Source: Candidatus Woesearchaeota archaeon
Lineage (GTDB): Archaea > Nanobdellota > Nanobdellia > Woesearchaeales > GW2011-AR9
Length of the DNA: 64,000 nt
Assembly: GCA_043797205.1 (NCBI GenBank)
Contig: JAZDQB010000028.1
Coordinates: forward strand, 4,144 to 68,143
Direction: 5' to 3'
The notes under the pieces: model-generated
Databases searched by the model: none
What the model saw: the letters and a program-made list of their open reading frames with translations, nothing else
Told to the model about the DNA's origin: nothing
Program-made: the position numbers and the translations under genes
Part shown: piece by piece, positions 27,456-37,525 of the stretch
Layout of the letters: every line of letters begins with the position of its first letter
Position numbering within the stretch: the stretch's first letter is position 1

Positions 27456-28514
27456 TTAAACCTTAATTCCATGAACACTAAAGTGCGTCCTTACTCCCTT
27501 ATATTTTTTTAGTGCATCTTCCATCTTGGAAGGATTCTTCTTTTGCAAGCTGGCAGTTTCATGCACATCAATAAAGCCTACTTGTTTGCTCTGTGATTCT
27601 TCTAACAACAATTCTAAAAACTTCTGTTCTTCTAAGAATTTGTTCTCAGAAACCATCTTTTTCAGCAAATCAGAATTAGATAATGTTCCAGTCCATAATG
27701 GACCGGAGAAAATAAATTCTGCTCCACACCTACATTTTTCCTTATTATAAATAGATGTCTTAAAATTCAAACATTTTTTACAGAACAAAAAGTATTGGTG
27801 CTGTTTCAAGAGAGTATCGCAATCATCTTTGCCCCGACGATTCTGAAAATAAACCCTAAAATAATGGTCTTTGTGATAAGCAAGTATCGGCACAAGAGCT
27901 TTATCAAATTGTATCCCTTGCAATTGAATTTTTCTAATTAATATTCTTAATCCCAATTCATGCATCAGATAATTCTTGAAAGAAGTAGCCCAATATTTTC
28001 TTTTAGTAACCGAAGGGTAAGTTCCAGTTAATGCTGCTGTATCGGTAGCAGTAACTGCAATAATTCCTCCTCGAGAGATTCTGGCTACGGCTGTGGCTAG
28101 AAAAGGATTGGGAGAACCAAAAGGATCTATTTCGATATAATCAAAGCCAATCTGTTCCTGCATAAAGAGGTTGGCTTCTTTATTGAAGATAAAACACTTA
28201 TTTTTATCTAGCTTTACTTTATTCAGCTTAGCGTTCTCTAAAAAGATTTTACTAAAATCATCTTTCATATCGTTAACGTACAGATGTTTAATCTTATTCT
28301 TCTTCAACTCTTTCAAGAATCGTAAAGAGCGAATTCCACTTCCGGCCAAAGGATCGCAGAGGTTCATCTCAATATTTTCTAACGAATTAAGTAAGGTAAT
28401 AGAAATATTGCGATTAGAAGCCATTACTGGATTATAGAACACATCCATCTCTTGAGAAACAATCTTAGGCAGTTCTGCTTTGATTTTAATGGAATGTTCG
28501 GTAGTTAAAGTCAT
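27456..28514 (-). CDS. trm1: tRNA (guanine-26-N2)-dimethyltransferase
   Basis: VFYNPVM, AGSGIRSLR, IDPFGSP and TATDTAAL. Confidence 0.93.
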   Translation of the reverse strand: MTLTTEHSIKIKAELPKIVSQEMDVFYNPVMASNRNISITLLNSLENIEMNLCDPLAGSGIRSLRFLKELKKNKIKHLYVNDMKDDFSKIFLENAKLNKVKLDKNKCFIFNKEANLFMQEQIGFDYIEIDPFGSPNPFLATAVARISRGGIIAVTATDTAALTGTYPSVTKRKYWATSFKNYLMHELGLRILIRKIQLQGIQFDKALVPILAYHKDHYFRVYFQNRRGKDDCDTLLKQHQYFLFCKKCLNFKTSIYNKEKCRCGAEFIFSGPLWTGTLSNSDLLKKMVSENKFLEEQKFLELLLEESQSKQVGFIDVHETASLQKKNPSKMEDALKKYKGVRTHFSVHGIKV

Positions 28515-28566
28515 AAGACCGGAAAAATAGAATAACTTTAAAAACCATTCTAATTCTATAAAGGAT

Positions 28567-30354
28567 ATGGCTTTACGTAAAGTGTTAGTAGCAACAATGG
28601 GACATGTCGATCATGGCAAGACTTCCTTGTTAGACAAGATTAGACGAACTGCCGTTTGTTCGGGAGAAGCCGGCGGCATTACTCAAGCCATCGGCGTTTC
28701 TATCATTCCTATTGAAACTATCAAAAAAGTGTGTGGTAAGCTTTTAGATTCCATGAAAGGAAAACTTACTGTTCCGGGATTATTGTGCATTGATACTCCC
28801 GGTCATGCCGCTTTTACTACTTTAAGAAAACGTGGCGGCTCTCTGGCAGACATTGCTATTATCGTAGTTGATATCAACGAAGGTTTTAAACCGCAGACTT
28901 TAGAATCTATCGAGATCCTTAAGGCTAATAAAGTTCCTTTCATCGTTGCTGCTAATAAAATTGATTTAATTAACGGCTGGAATTATGATCCAGAAAAATA
29001 TTTGTTAGACAACCTCATTAATTTAGATATCAAACTGCAAAGTTTATTTGAAACTAAGATGTACGAATTGGTAGCAAAGTTTGCGGAGTTAGGATTAGAA
29101 TCAGAACGCTTCGATCGCGTGCAGGATTATACTAAACAATTGGCTATCGTCCCCATTTCTGCGAAAACGGGAGAAGGAATTCCAGAATTGTTAATGGTCC
29201 TTACCGGATTAGCGCAAAAATTCTTAGAAAAGAAATTAGAGATAGAAGAAGAAGGAAATGCTAAAGGTACCGTTCTAGAAGTAAAAGAAGAACAAGGTTT
29301 AGGTACTACTTTAAACGCTATCTTATACAACGGAACCTTAAAAGTCAACGACACCATCATTATCGGCGGAATTGACGGAGCCATTGTAGCTAAAGTCCGC
29401 GCTTTATTAGAACCGGCAGAATTAGCGGAGATGCGCGAGAAAAAAGCTAAATTCCAAAATGTGAAAGAGGCGGTTGCGGCGACTGGAGTAAAAATTTCTG
29501 CACCTGGATTGGAAAAAGCTCTTGCCGGTATGCCTCTCCGTTCTTGCACTGGAAAAGTAGAAGAAATAGAACTGCTTAAAGCCGAAGTGCAATTAGAAGT
29601 AAGCGAAGTGATTGTGGAATGTGATGAATGTATCGGAATCCTTATCAAATCAGATACGATCGGAGGATTAGAAGCTCTACGCAACCTTCTCCTCTCTCGT
29701 GAAATTCCGGTCGCTTCTGCTTCCCTCGGCGATATTACTAAAAAAGATCTTTCTCAATTAGAATCATTGCGGGATAAGGATGAATTTGTGGGCGTGATTC
29801 TAGGGTTTAACATTAACATACCGGTAGACTTGGAAGAATACATCAAAGCTAAAAAATTTAAAATTATTACCAATAATGTCATTTACAAAACTATTGAAGA
29901 ATATGAAGCTTATATCCAAAACCTGAAGAAAGAGATTGAACTGAAAGAATTATCGAAAATTGTCCGTCCTTGTAAATTCTTATTCTTGGAAGGTTACGTC
30001 TTCCGTCAGAACAATCCAGCTATTATCGGAGTAGAAATTGAAGTGGGACAGATAAAAAGCGGCGATCCGGTTATGAACGGAGAAGGTAAGGCTCTCACTA
30101 CCGTCAAAAGTATGCAGGAAGAACAAGAAAATGTCAGTTTAGCGGCGCAAGGAAAGCAGTTAGCTATGGCTCTGGATGGAATGACAGTGGGCAGACAAAT
30201 CAACGAAGGAGACTTCTTATATACTGACTTACCGGAAGATGATTTCAAGAAATTGAAAGAGTTAAAGAAACATCTTTCTAAAACCGAATTGGAAGTATTG
30301 CGCGAGATCGCTGAGATTAAGCGCAGAAATAATCCGGTATGGGGAGTGGGATGA
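28567..30354 (+). CDS. infB: Translation initiation factor aIF5B/IF-2
   Basis: GHVDHGKT, EAGGITQ, DTPGH and NKID. Confidence 0.96.
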   Translation: MALRKVLVATMGHVDHGKTSLLDKIRRTAVCSGEAGGITQAIGVSIIPIETIKKVCGKLLDSMKGKLTVPGLLCIDTPGHAAFTTLRKRGGSLADIAIIVVDINEGFKPQTLESIEILKANKVPFIVAANKIDLINGWNYDPEKYLLDNLINLDIKLQSLFETKMYELVAKFAELGLESERFDRVQDYTKQLAIVPISAKTGEGIPELLMVLTGLAQKFLEKKLEIEEEGNAKGTVLEVKEEQGLGTTLNAILYNGTLKVNDTIIIGGIDGAIVAKVRALLEPAELAEMREKKAKFQNVKEAVAATGVKISAPGLEKALAGMPLRSCTGKVEEIELLKAEVQLEVSEVIVECDECIGILIKSDTIGGLEALRNLLLSREIPVASASLGDITKKDLSQLESLRDKDEFVGVILGFNINIPVDLEEYIKAKKFKIITNNVIYKTIEEYEAYIQNLKKEIELKELSKIVRPCKFLFLEGYVFRQNNPAIIGVEIEVGQIKSGDPVMNGEGKALTTVKSMQEEQENVSLAAQGKQLAMALDGMTVGRQINEGDFLYTDLPEDDFKKLKELKKHLSKTELEVLREIAEIKRRNNPVWGVG

Positions 30355-30830
30355 TGCAAACCCTTACCATCCTCAATTCCAAAGAGATCCGGCAGTTAAA
30401 ACAGCAGCTAGAAATAGAATTTGGCTATGCTCCGCCGGAAGATTATGCTTATCTTAGAACTGAAAAAGAGAAAATATTCTTAATCAACAAAGATGTAGCT
30501 AAAGTAGATTGGGATAAACTGATTGTAGATAAAATGGGACTCTATTTTGGAGAAGATTTGGGAGAAGAGTTTCGCTTAAGCAAAGAAGGAGCTCAATTGC
30601 TAGGAACAGAAGCTCAGAAACATAAAGTCCAACTAAAAAATGTAATAGAATTATCAAAAGAAGAACTGAAACATTATTTTACCGGTGCAGACCTTCCAAA
30701 AGAATGCGGTAAAGAAAGCAGACTAATATTATTAAAGTACAAAGAAGACATTTTAGGCTGCGCCAGATATAAAGAAGGCAAGATTCTCAACTTCATGCCT
30801 AAGATTCATCGCGGCGAAGTTATTCTTTAA
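30351..30830 (+). CDS. Nip7/pre-PUA-like RNA-binding protein
   Basis: GLYFG..FRLSKEGAQL motif. Confidence 0.65.
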   Translation: MMQTLTILNSKEIRQLKQQLEIEFGYAPPEDYAYLRTEKEKIFLINKDVAKVDWDKLIVDKMGLYFGEDLGEEFRLSKEGAQLLGTEAQKHKVQLKNVIELSKEELKHYFTGADLPKECGKESRLILLKYKEDILGCARYKEGKILNFMPKIHRGEVIL

Positions 30831-30951
30831 GATAAAAGTTCATCTTTCTAAAACAAGTCATCACTAGATAGTACTTATTTCTCCGAAACATTTATAAATG
30901 TGTTACTATTCTATAGTAGAAATCAACTTAAAAATTAAGGAGCTATTAACT

Positions 30952-33786
30952 ATGGGAAGAAAAAACTTATTTGTTCTGGTGTTAGGGGTTTTATTGTTAA
31001 GCGTTCTTAGTTCGTTTTCTCTAGCCGAAAGCAGAACCGTAGATTACCAAGAAATCAATCAGGGTTTAACTGCCATTACAGAATCTATGAACAGCTTAGA
31101 AGAAGATATAGACACCACTATTCAAAGAGATTATGGAATCGGTGAAGCTAAGAAACTACAGAAGGAAGTTTACAATATCCAGAAGCAGATTATAGAATTA
31201 GAATCAAAGTTTGAAGCACCACCGGTCTTTTCAAAAGGATTTGTGAGTCGAGAGATAGCAGAGATTATCACAAAATTTGCAGATTTGAAACAGAAAAGCC
31301 GCGATTTACTCGCTAAGTTGAGAATATATACAGAGCAAGAGAATAAGGAAGCCCAGATTGAAGCTTTAAAGAACGATCTAGCTACTTTAAATCAACATTA
31401 TAAAGATTATAATCAGCAATTGATTGTTTTAGGTAACGCTGTTAACACTGCTATTACTAAACAAGAAGATGAATCAGTAGTACAACAGTTACAAGAAACG
31501 ATTCAAAAACAAGAAGCTAGCATTTCTGCAGACTTAGAAAAAGCTAAAACGGATTATCAATTAGCCGATTATTATAAACAAACTGATTTGTGGTATGGTT
31601 TCAAGACCGTTATAGACATCTTTACTCAAGATCTAACTGATTTACAGAACATGATAATCAAGTTGGAAAATTACCTAGCACAATCCAAGGTAGACTTTGA
31701 TTTTGATGGTGTTCCTAATGACCAAGACAATTGTATGTGGGAACCAAACTCTGACCAAAAAGATACCAATGGAGACGGAATGGGAGATGTTTGCGATGTA
31801 GATATTGATGGAATTCATAACGGTGACGACAATTGCCTTGACGTTTACAATCCCGACCAATTAGATGATGATTATAACGGATTAGGTAATGCTTGTGATT
31901 CAGAATATGTTGATTGTTTTGATTCTGATGGAGAAGACGCCTATACCAAAGGTTATACTACTAACGGACAGAAAGAAAATATTATTTACGACCATTGTGA
32001 AGGGGATGCCGTAAAAGAAGAAATGTGTGTAGAAGGAAAACAAGGTTTTACTTATTTATTCTGTAAATCCGGAGAAACTTGTCAAGACGGAGCCTGCGTA
32101 GAAATAGTTGTTCCGGTAGATACCGATAAAGACGGAATCGAAGATACTAAAGACAACTGTCCTACTGTAGCTAATGCTGATCAAAAAGATACCAACGAAG
32201 ATGGAATGGGAGATGCTTGTGATAGTAATTTGCAGAAATACGAACAGCTATTAACTTTATACACTATCGAATATAATACCGTTGATCAATTAATTGAAGA
32301 TAGTGCAGACCAACTTCAAAACAGTTGTTCTCCCGGGGTACAAGAATTTCAAAAGGGAATGATCACTTCTGGGATTATACGTGCTAATAATGCTTATTTA
32401 TCCTTAACAGAAGTTACTTTGGCCGCCAAATCTAAAGGATACACAGAATTAGCAGATAGAATCGAAGCCTTAGCTCACCAATTTGAGACCTTAGCCTCTG
32501 CTACTCAAAGCTACTTAGATAGTTGGAAACCAGCAGACATTTGTATTACAGAAGTAATCGATACGGATAAAGACGGAATTGAAGATACTAAAGATAACTG
32601 TCCTACCGTAGCTAATCCTAATCAGGAAGATTCTGATGCAGATAGAATTGGAGATGCTTGCGAGATTTCTGATTGTGTTGACTCCGATAATGGAATAGAT
32701 ATACACACCAAAGGAAGCATTACCGTCAAAGGAAACACTATTCTTGACGTTTGTGAAGGGGATCTGGTCAAAGAGCAAATTTGTACTGGAGAGTATGGAG
32801 GATTCACTTTACAGATGTGTCCTAATGGAGAAACCTGTCAAGAAGGAGCTTGTGCAGAAAGAATCAGACCTCCCGTAGATACTGACAAGGATGGTATCGA
32901 AGATACTAAAGACAACTGTCCGACTGTGGCTAATGCTGACCAGAAAGATACTGATGCAGATGGAGTAGGAGATGCTTGTGAACCAATTATACCCCCTACC
33001 GACACTGATAAGGATGGCATCGAAGATAGCAAAGATAATTGTCCTATTGTAGCTAATCCCTTGCAGGAAGATACTGACAAAGATGGAGTAGGAGATGCTT
33101 GTGAACCAATCGTACCTCCTACCGACACCGATAAGGATGGCATCGAAGATAGCAAAGATAATTGTCCCACTGTAGCTAATCCAGATCAAAAAGATTCTGA
33201 TGGAGATAAAGTTGGAGATGTCTGTGATCCTACTCCTCTTCCGGTAGATACTTTCGTTACCCAGTACAATGAATTAAACGCGAAATTACAAGGGTATGGA
33301 GATGATTACGTTGATTACAGAAAAGAATATCTTAAAGCTAAAGATAAAAATGATGCTAAGGATATCAAGAAGCATAAGAACGAATTAAATGATCTTACTG
33401 ACTCTTTAGACAGCTTAGAGGAAGACGTAGACGACTTAATCAACAAAGTTGAACATGCTTCCGGGGATTACAGACAATTACTAGACAATCTAGACTCTTT
33501 ACAAGAAGATATCACCAAACTTAAGGGTAAGATTGAAAAGTTATTGGATCAAGGAAGCAGCAGTACTGGCAGTACTACCGTGGTTCAGAGTAAACCGGTT
33601 TCTGTCCCTAGCTTGAAGTCTAACTCTCCGGTAGAAGTGCATAAATTAAACTTTGTTCTTCCGGCAGCTCCAGTTACTCCTCCCGCGAACACCGCTTCGG
33701 AAGGAGAAGTTATGCCTTTAGTAGTATTAGGAGCAGGGATTGTAGCCGTTTTAGCCGTAATTATCTTCTTGCTAATGCTGTTATAA
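30952..33786 (+). CDS. Thrombospondin type-3 repeat surface protein with coiled coils and C-terminal TM
   Basis: Seven DxDxDGxxDxxDNCPxxxNxxQxDxDxDGxGDAC-type repeats. Confidence 0.85.
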   Translation: MGRKNLFVLVLGVLLLSVLSSFSLAESRTVDYQEINQGLTAITESMNSLEEDIDTTIQRDYGIGEAKKLQKEVYNIQKQIIELESKFEAPPVFSKGFVSREIAEIITKFADLKQKSRDLLAKLRIYTEQENKEAQIEALKNDLATLNQHYKDYNQQLIVLGNAVNTAITKQEDESVVQQLQETIQKQEASISADLEKAKTDYQLADYYKQTDLWYGFKTVIDIFTQDLTDLQNMIIKLENYLAQSKVDFDFDGVPNDQDNCMWEPNSDQKDTNGDGMGDVCDVDIDGIHNGDDNCLDVYNPDQLDDDYNGLGNACDSEYVDCFDSDGEDAYTKGYTTNGQKENIIYDHCEGDAVKEEMCVEGKQGFTYLFCKSGETCQDGACVEIVVPVDTDKDGIEDTKDNCPTVANADQKDTNEDGMGDACDSNLQKYEQLLTLYTIEYNTVDQLIEDSADQLQNSCSPGVQEFQKGMITSGIIRANNAYLSLTEVTLAAKSKGYTELADRIEALAHQFETLASATQSYLDSWKPADICITEVIDTDKDGIEDTKDNCPTVANPNQEDSDADRIGDACEISDCVDSDNGIDIHTKGSITVKGNTILDVCEGDLVKEQICTGEYGGFTLQMCPNGETCQEGACAERIRPPVDTDKDGIEDTKDNCPTVANADQKDTDADGVGDACEPIIPPTDTDKDGIEDSKDNCPIVANPLQEDTDKDGVGDACEPIVPPTDTDKDGIEDSKDNCPTVANPDQKDSDGDKVGDVCDPTPLPVDTFVTQYNELNAKLQGYGDDYVDYRKEYLKAKDKNDAKDIKKHKNELNDLTDSLDSLEEDVDDLINKVEHASGDYRQLLDNLDSLQEDITKLKGKIEKLLDQGSSSTGSTTVVQSKPVSVPSLKSNSPVEVHKLNFVLPAAPVTPPANTASEGEVMPLVVLGAGIVAVLAVIIFLLMLL

Positions 33787-33894
33787 GAAGATTCTTTTTC
33801 TTTTTTATTATTCTTTCTTAATTAATTATAATAAGATACAATGATATTCTAAAGTAAACAAATCTTTATATATCCCCTTCCACCCAGATAGTTC

Positions 33895-34572
33895 ATGAAA
33901 AGATACTGTTATGGATTCTTGATTTTGGCCATATTCTTGGCACTGCCGGCAGTTTGGGCTGCTACTGACTTCGAAGACCAATACCGCGATTTAAGGAGTG
34001 AATATTATAATTTGGTGGACAAATACACCCATTACAAAGAAGGATATCTCGATGCCCAAGATTCTGATGAGTACTATGAATTAAAATATGAAAGAGATTT
34101 AAGAGACGTTAAAAGCGATTTTTCTTCTTTAGAAGATGATGCTATTACTTTAATTGGAGACATCCGAGACGCTGATGGTTCCGAAGCACTTATTGATGAC
34201 GTCAAAGACCTGCGAGACAATGCCGCTGATTTTCAGAATAGAATTGAGGATTTAATCGGAGGAGATTACTATGGCCATTCTGATTATGATGATCATTACT
34301 ACAACCATTACGATTATTATTACGATGAATATGGATATTACGTCAAAGAACCGGTTAAAGCCGCTGCTCCTGAGCCCTCGGTAACGGTGGAGCCATTAAA
34401 CGTTTATTTCGTTTCTAGTGTTCCTAGTAATCCTGCTCCGACTGCCCCAGTTGCTGCACCTAAAATAATCACTGCTCCGGCAGACTTTGGAATCGTGTGG
34501 TTATTAGCCGGAATTGTAATGCTATTAGCAACGATAATCTTCTTAATCTCCGCAGGTATAAAGAAGAAGTAA
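33895..34572 (+). CDS. Secreted acidic coiled-coil protein with C-terminal TM
   Basis: Resembles the C-terminal part of 30952-33786. Confidence 0.65.
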   Translation: MKRYCYGFLILAIFLALPAVWAATDFEDQYRDLRSEYYNLVDKYTHYKEGYLDAQDSDEYYELKYERDLRDVKSDFSSLEDDAITLIGDIRDADGSEALIDDVKDLRDNAADFQNRIEDLIGGDYYGHSDYDDHYYNHYDYYYDEYGYYVKEPVKAAAPEPSVTVEPLNVYFVSSVPSNPAPTAPVAAPKIITAPADFGIVWLLAGIVMLLATIIFLISAGIKKK

Positions 34573-34626
34573 AAAATATTTATTATTTAAGTTTATTTTA
34601 AAATTTATAAAAACAAGAAGAAAAAA

Positions 34627-34863
34627 TTATCTAAGAACGTCTTCAATCGGTTTCTTGCCCTTGAGCTTCTTAGTATCGTCCTTAGCTTCTTTGGCCATCG
34701 CTACTAAATCTACACCCAAATCTTTTAACTCTTTGATATGCATCTGCATTAGTTGTTCTACAATCTGTAAGATGCGCATTAATTCTTCTCGTTCTTTGGT
34801 TAAAGTAGCTAAAGAGCCCTTATGAAAGCCCACTTTTTCAGTTTTATCCATTTCTTTTGCCAT
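34627..34863 (-). CDS. Small coiled-coil hypothetical protein
   Basis: GFHKGSLATL.KEREEL. Confidence 0.65.
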   Translation of the reverse strand: MAKEMDKTEKVGFHKGSLATLTKEREELMRILQIVEQLMQMHIKELKDLGVDLVAMAKEAKDDTKKLKGKKPIEDVLR

Positions 34864-34960
34864 AAGCTTAAGAGAGAAAGGAGGTTTATAAGCTTTTGCT
34901 CTAAATCTGTCCTTAAAACATAGAAATATTTTTAAAGTAAATAAAGTAATTATAAATTAT

Positions 34961-35503
34961 ATGACTGAACATTTATTTCGACTGAATACGATTTTGTGGA
35001 TCGAAGACCAATGGGAACACGTTATGTATGATTGTGCTTGCGTTCTCATAGAACATGACAAAATTTCTCGAGAATACGGTTCAGGAATGAAAATAAAAAC
35101 TTTAGATATAATGACTAAGCTCCCTCCCGAAGAGGCGCAGAGTGAAGTGGAGCGGGTAATAAGAGAATGTGAAGATAATCCCTTTGTTGTTAATGTACAT
35201 ACCGCCCAATTGGCTCGAACATACTTAGAAAGAATTACTCCTGGAGCAATTATTTGTGATTCTAGCTTTCCACTTAATGGAAAAGCAGTAGTAGGGTGGC
35301 TAAAGGAGCATGGGCTTCCAAGTTATCCTTTAATCGGACTTTCCGCAAAATATTTCTTTGATTTACCGCCAGAAATGCAAGATTTCTTTACTAGCACTTC
35401 TGCGGTATACATAGAAAAAACCAGATTAAAGATTGATGACCTAGTGGAAAAATTGGTGTTCTCCCACCGCTACGTTCAAATAGCTACACAGCATCAGTCA
35501 TGA
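34961..35503 (+). CDS. Divergent CheY-like receiver-domain protein
   Basis: ILWIED, AIICD..P.NG, PLIGLSA and YIEK. Confidence 0.55.
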   Translation: MTEHLFRLNTILWIEDQWEHVMYDCACVLIEHDKISREYGSGMKIKTLDIMTKLPPEEAQSEVERVIRECEDNPFVVNVHTAQLARTYLERITPGAIICDSSFPLNGKAVVGWLKEHGLPSYPLIGLSAKYFFDLPPEMQDFFTSTSAVYIEKTRLKIDDLVEKLVFSHRYVQIATQHQS

Positions 35504-35538
35504 AAACCTTTTAAAACCCCAAGGTTATTCTATCTAAT

Positions 35539-35925
35539 ATGAGCCTATTCAGCAAACTAGCCTTTTGGAAAAAAGAGGACGAGTTCAATTTTGATCAAGT
35601 AGCAGAAAGAGATATGAATAAACCGGATCCTTTTGCTCAAGGATTTGAACAGAATCAGGAACAAGAAGGATTCCCTCCAGAACAATCTGCTTTCGATCAA
35701 CCGCAAACTGCTTCTCCGGGAGCTTCTCCACAACAATATGCCCAAGCTTCCCGCTCCGCTCTTTATCCCGGTTCTTCTAAACCTGCTATGGGTCCTTCTG
35801 GAGATCGCGATCTAGATTTAATCAATAGCAAATTAGATACCATCAGAGCCATGCTCAGTGCCATCGAGCAGAGATTAGACAAAATAGAACGGGGAGAACC
35901 TAAAGCTCCGCCCAGATTATGGTAA
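35539..35925 (+). CDS. Hypothetical protein
   Basis: Low-complexity middle and DLDLINSKLDTI coiled coil. Confidence 0.65.
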   Translation: MSLFSKLAFWKKEDEFNFDQVAERDMNKPDPFAQGFEQNQEQEGFPPEQSAFDQPQTASPGASPQQYAQASRSALYPGSSKPAMGPSGDRDLDLINSKLDTIRAMLSAIEQRLDKIERGEPKAPPRLW

Positions 35926-36371
35926 AAGAACCTTTTATTTCTAAGTATAAGTTTCCCTTATGGTTTACGGGAATCACTTTACTGATAGTTCTATTGGACC
36001 AATTAATCAAATACTTTATTCTAACCTTAACTCCTAATTGGAATCTTGAAATCTTACTAATCCACTTGGTTAAAAATACTGGAGCCGGATTCGGTATCTT
36101 CCAGAATCAAGCTTTGTTCTTAGGAATCATTTCCGCCCTTGCCGCGATACTAATCTTATTCAACTATCAAAAGATTGATAAGAATTATCGGACGCAAATC
36201 CTTTTTGCAGTATTGTTGGGGGGGGTTTTAGGAAACATGATCGATCGCTTCTTCCGCAGTTTTGTAATTGATTTTATTGACTTTGGTTGGTGGCCTGCAT
36301 TTAATCTAGCAGATGCTTGTATCTCAGTTTCAATAATAGGATTAGTTATTTGGTATTGGAAAAAGAAGTAG
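35919..36371 (+). CDS. lspA: Lipoprotein signal peptidase II
   Basis: DQLIK, NTGAGFG, GNMIDR, VIDFI and FNLAD. Confidence 0.92.
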   Translation: MVKEPFISKYKFPLWFTGITLLIVLLDQLIKYFILTLTPNWNLEILLIHLVKNTGAGFGIFQNQALFLGIISALAAILILFNYQKIDKNYRTQILFAVLLGGVLGNMIDRFFRSFVIDFIDFGWWPAFNLADACISVSIIGLVIWYWKKK

Positions 36372-36395
36372 AAATAATCTTAAAAAAGAGATTAA

Positions 36396-36992
36396 TCAAT
36401 TCACACAACTATGTTGCCGATAGCCCTTCTTCTTAGCTTCTTCCTTGCTTTCGAACCAAATCCTTCTTCCATCACGAATCTTCTTGGCCCAATCGCACTT
36501 AGGTTCATGATAAACATTAGAAGATTTGCTGGCTACATATTTTCCAGGAGTAAAAGTTACTTCTTTAGCTACTTCTGCTTTCTCTCCTTTCACCTTACTG
36601 GTTTTAGCTTCTGGAACCGCTTTACCCGGATCAAACACTTCGCTGTGCAACTCTTCTTCTGCCGGAACCGACTTAACCTTTCTTTTCTTGGGAAGGGCTA
36701 AGATTAATCCCATCAAAGCCAAAATTAAAAGCACTACACTGACGCTGCCTAAAAGGAACCACAATCCTAGTAGGTTCATCAGGTAGAACAAAAACACCCA
36801 AAATAACACCTCTTCTCCCAAAGTTTTATAGCCCACCAATCCCCCTAAAGTTAAAGCTAAAAATATGATGAAAACAAATAGTTCTAAATTGAACAGATTT
36901 CCACCCACACTTAGAATCATACGAATCAGTCCAAACAGAAGTAACGTTAACAATAAAGCATAAACGAATAATCTTAATGATGATTTTGCCAT
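36396..36992 (-). CDS. Membrane protein with C-terminal Ada-like metal-binding domain
   Basis: YVASKSSNVYHEPKC..F.S.EEA..GYR. Confidence 0.75.
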   Translation of the reverse strand: MAKSSLRLFVYALLLTLLLFGLIRMILSVGGNLFNLELFVFIIFLALTLGGLVGYKTLGEEVLFWVFLFYLMNLLGLWFLLGSVSVVLLILALMGLILALPKKRKVKSVPAEEELHSEVFDPGKAVPEAKTSKVKGEKAEVAKEVTFTPGKYVASKSSNVYHEPKCDWAKKIRDGRRIWFESKEEAKKKGYRQHSCVN

Positions 36993-37108
36993 GTTTTAAG
37001 TTCAGTAACGAGAATATATAAGCATTTCTATCCTCTATTTGTTATGATAAGAAACAATATATTTGTTTATAGCGTTAAAGATGCCAAACAATTATTAAGA
37101 AAAACAAC

Positions 37109-37432
37109 TTAAAACTCCGCTTCCAGATTCTTCAGATAACCTTTCTTCTTCAAGAATTCTACTTCAGATTTGCTTTTATATTTGTGCACCACGTCTCCCT
37201 TTTCATCTCCACCCAATTCCCACGGCTCGATAATGACCACATCATTTTCTCTTACCCATAAGGCTCTTCTTAATCTTCCTGGGATGCGGCAGATTCTTTC
37301 TTTCCCGTCCAAACAAAGCACCCTCATTCTGCTTCCACCCAAACGTTGTTGCACCACGCCTAGAACTTCTCTACCTTGCGGAACCCTCACTCTAATCATA
37401 ATCTGTTCTTCACTAGGTGGTTGTTCTGCCAT
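37109..37432 (-). CDS. eif1a: Translation initiation factor aIF1A
   Basis: LGGSRMRVLCLDGKERICRIPGR. Confidence 0.95.
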   Translation of the reverse strand: MAEQPPSEEQIMIRVRVPQGREVLGVVQQRLGGSRMRVLCLDGKERICRIPGRLRRALWVRENDVVIIEPWELGGDEKGDVVHKYKSKSEVEFLKKKGYLKNLEAEF

Positions 37433-37525
37433 TACTAATATCACAGCACACTTTATTTATAAAGCTTTGCTCCTCTGAATAAATCTCCCAAAGATTTAAT
37501 AATCTGTTAATGAAAATCATTCTTT

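Noticed and set aside
29127..29684. Long antisense ORFs (also within the TSP3 gene, lonB and others)
   Set aside because: They are antisense shadows of well-supported genes.
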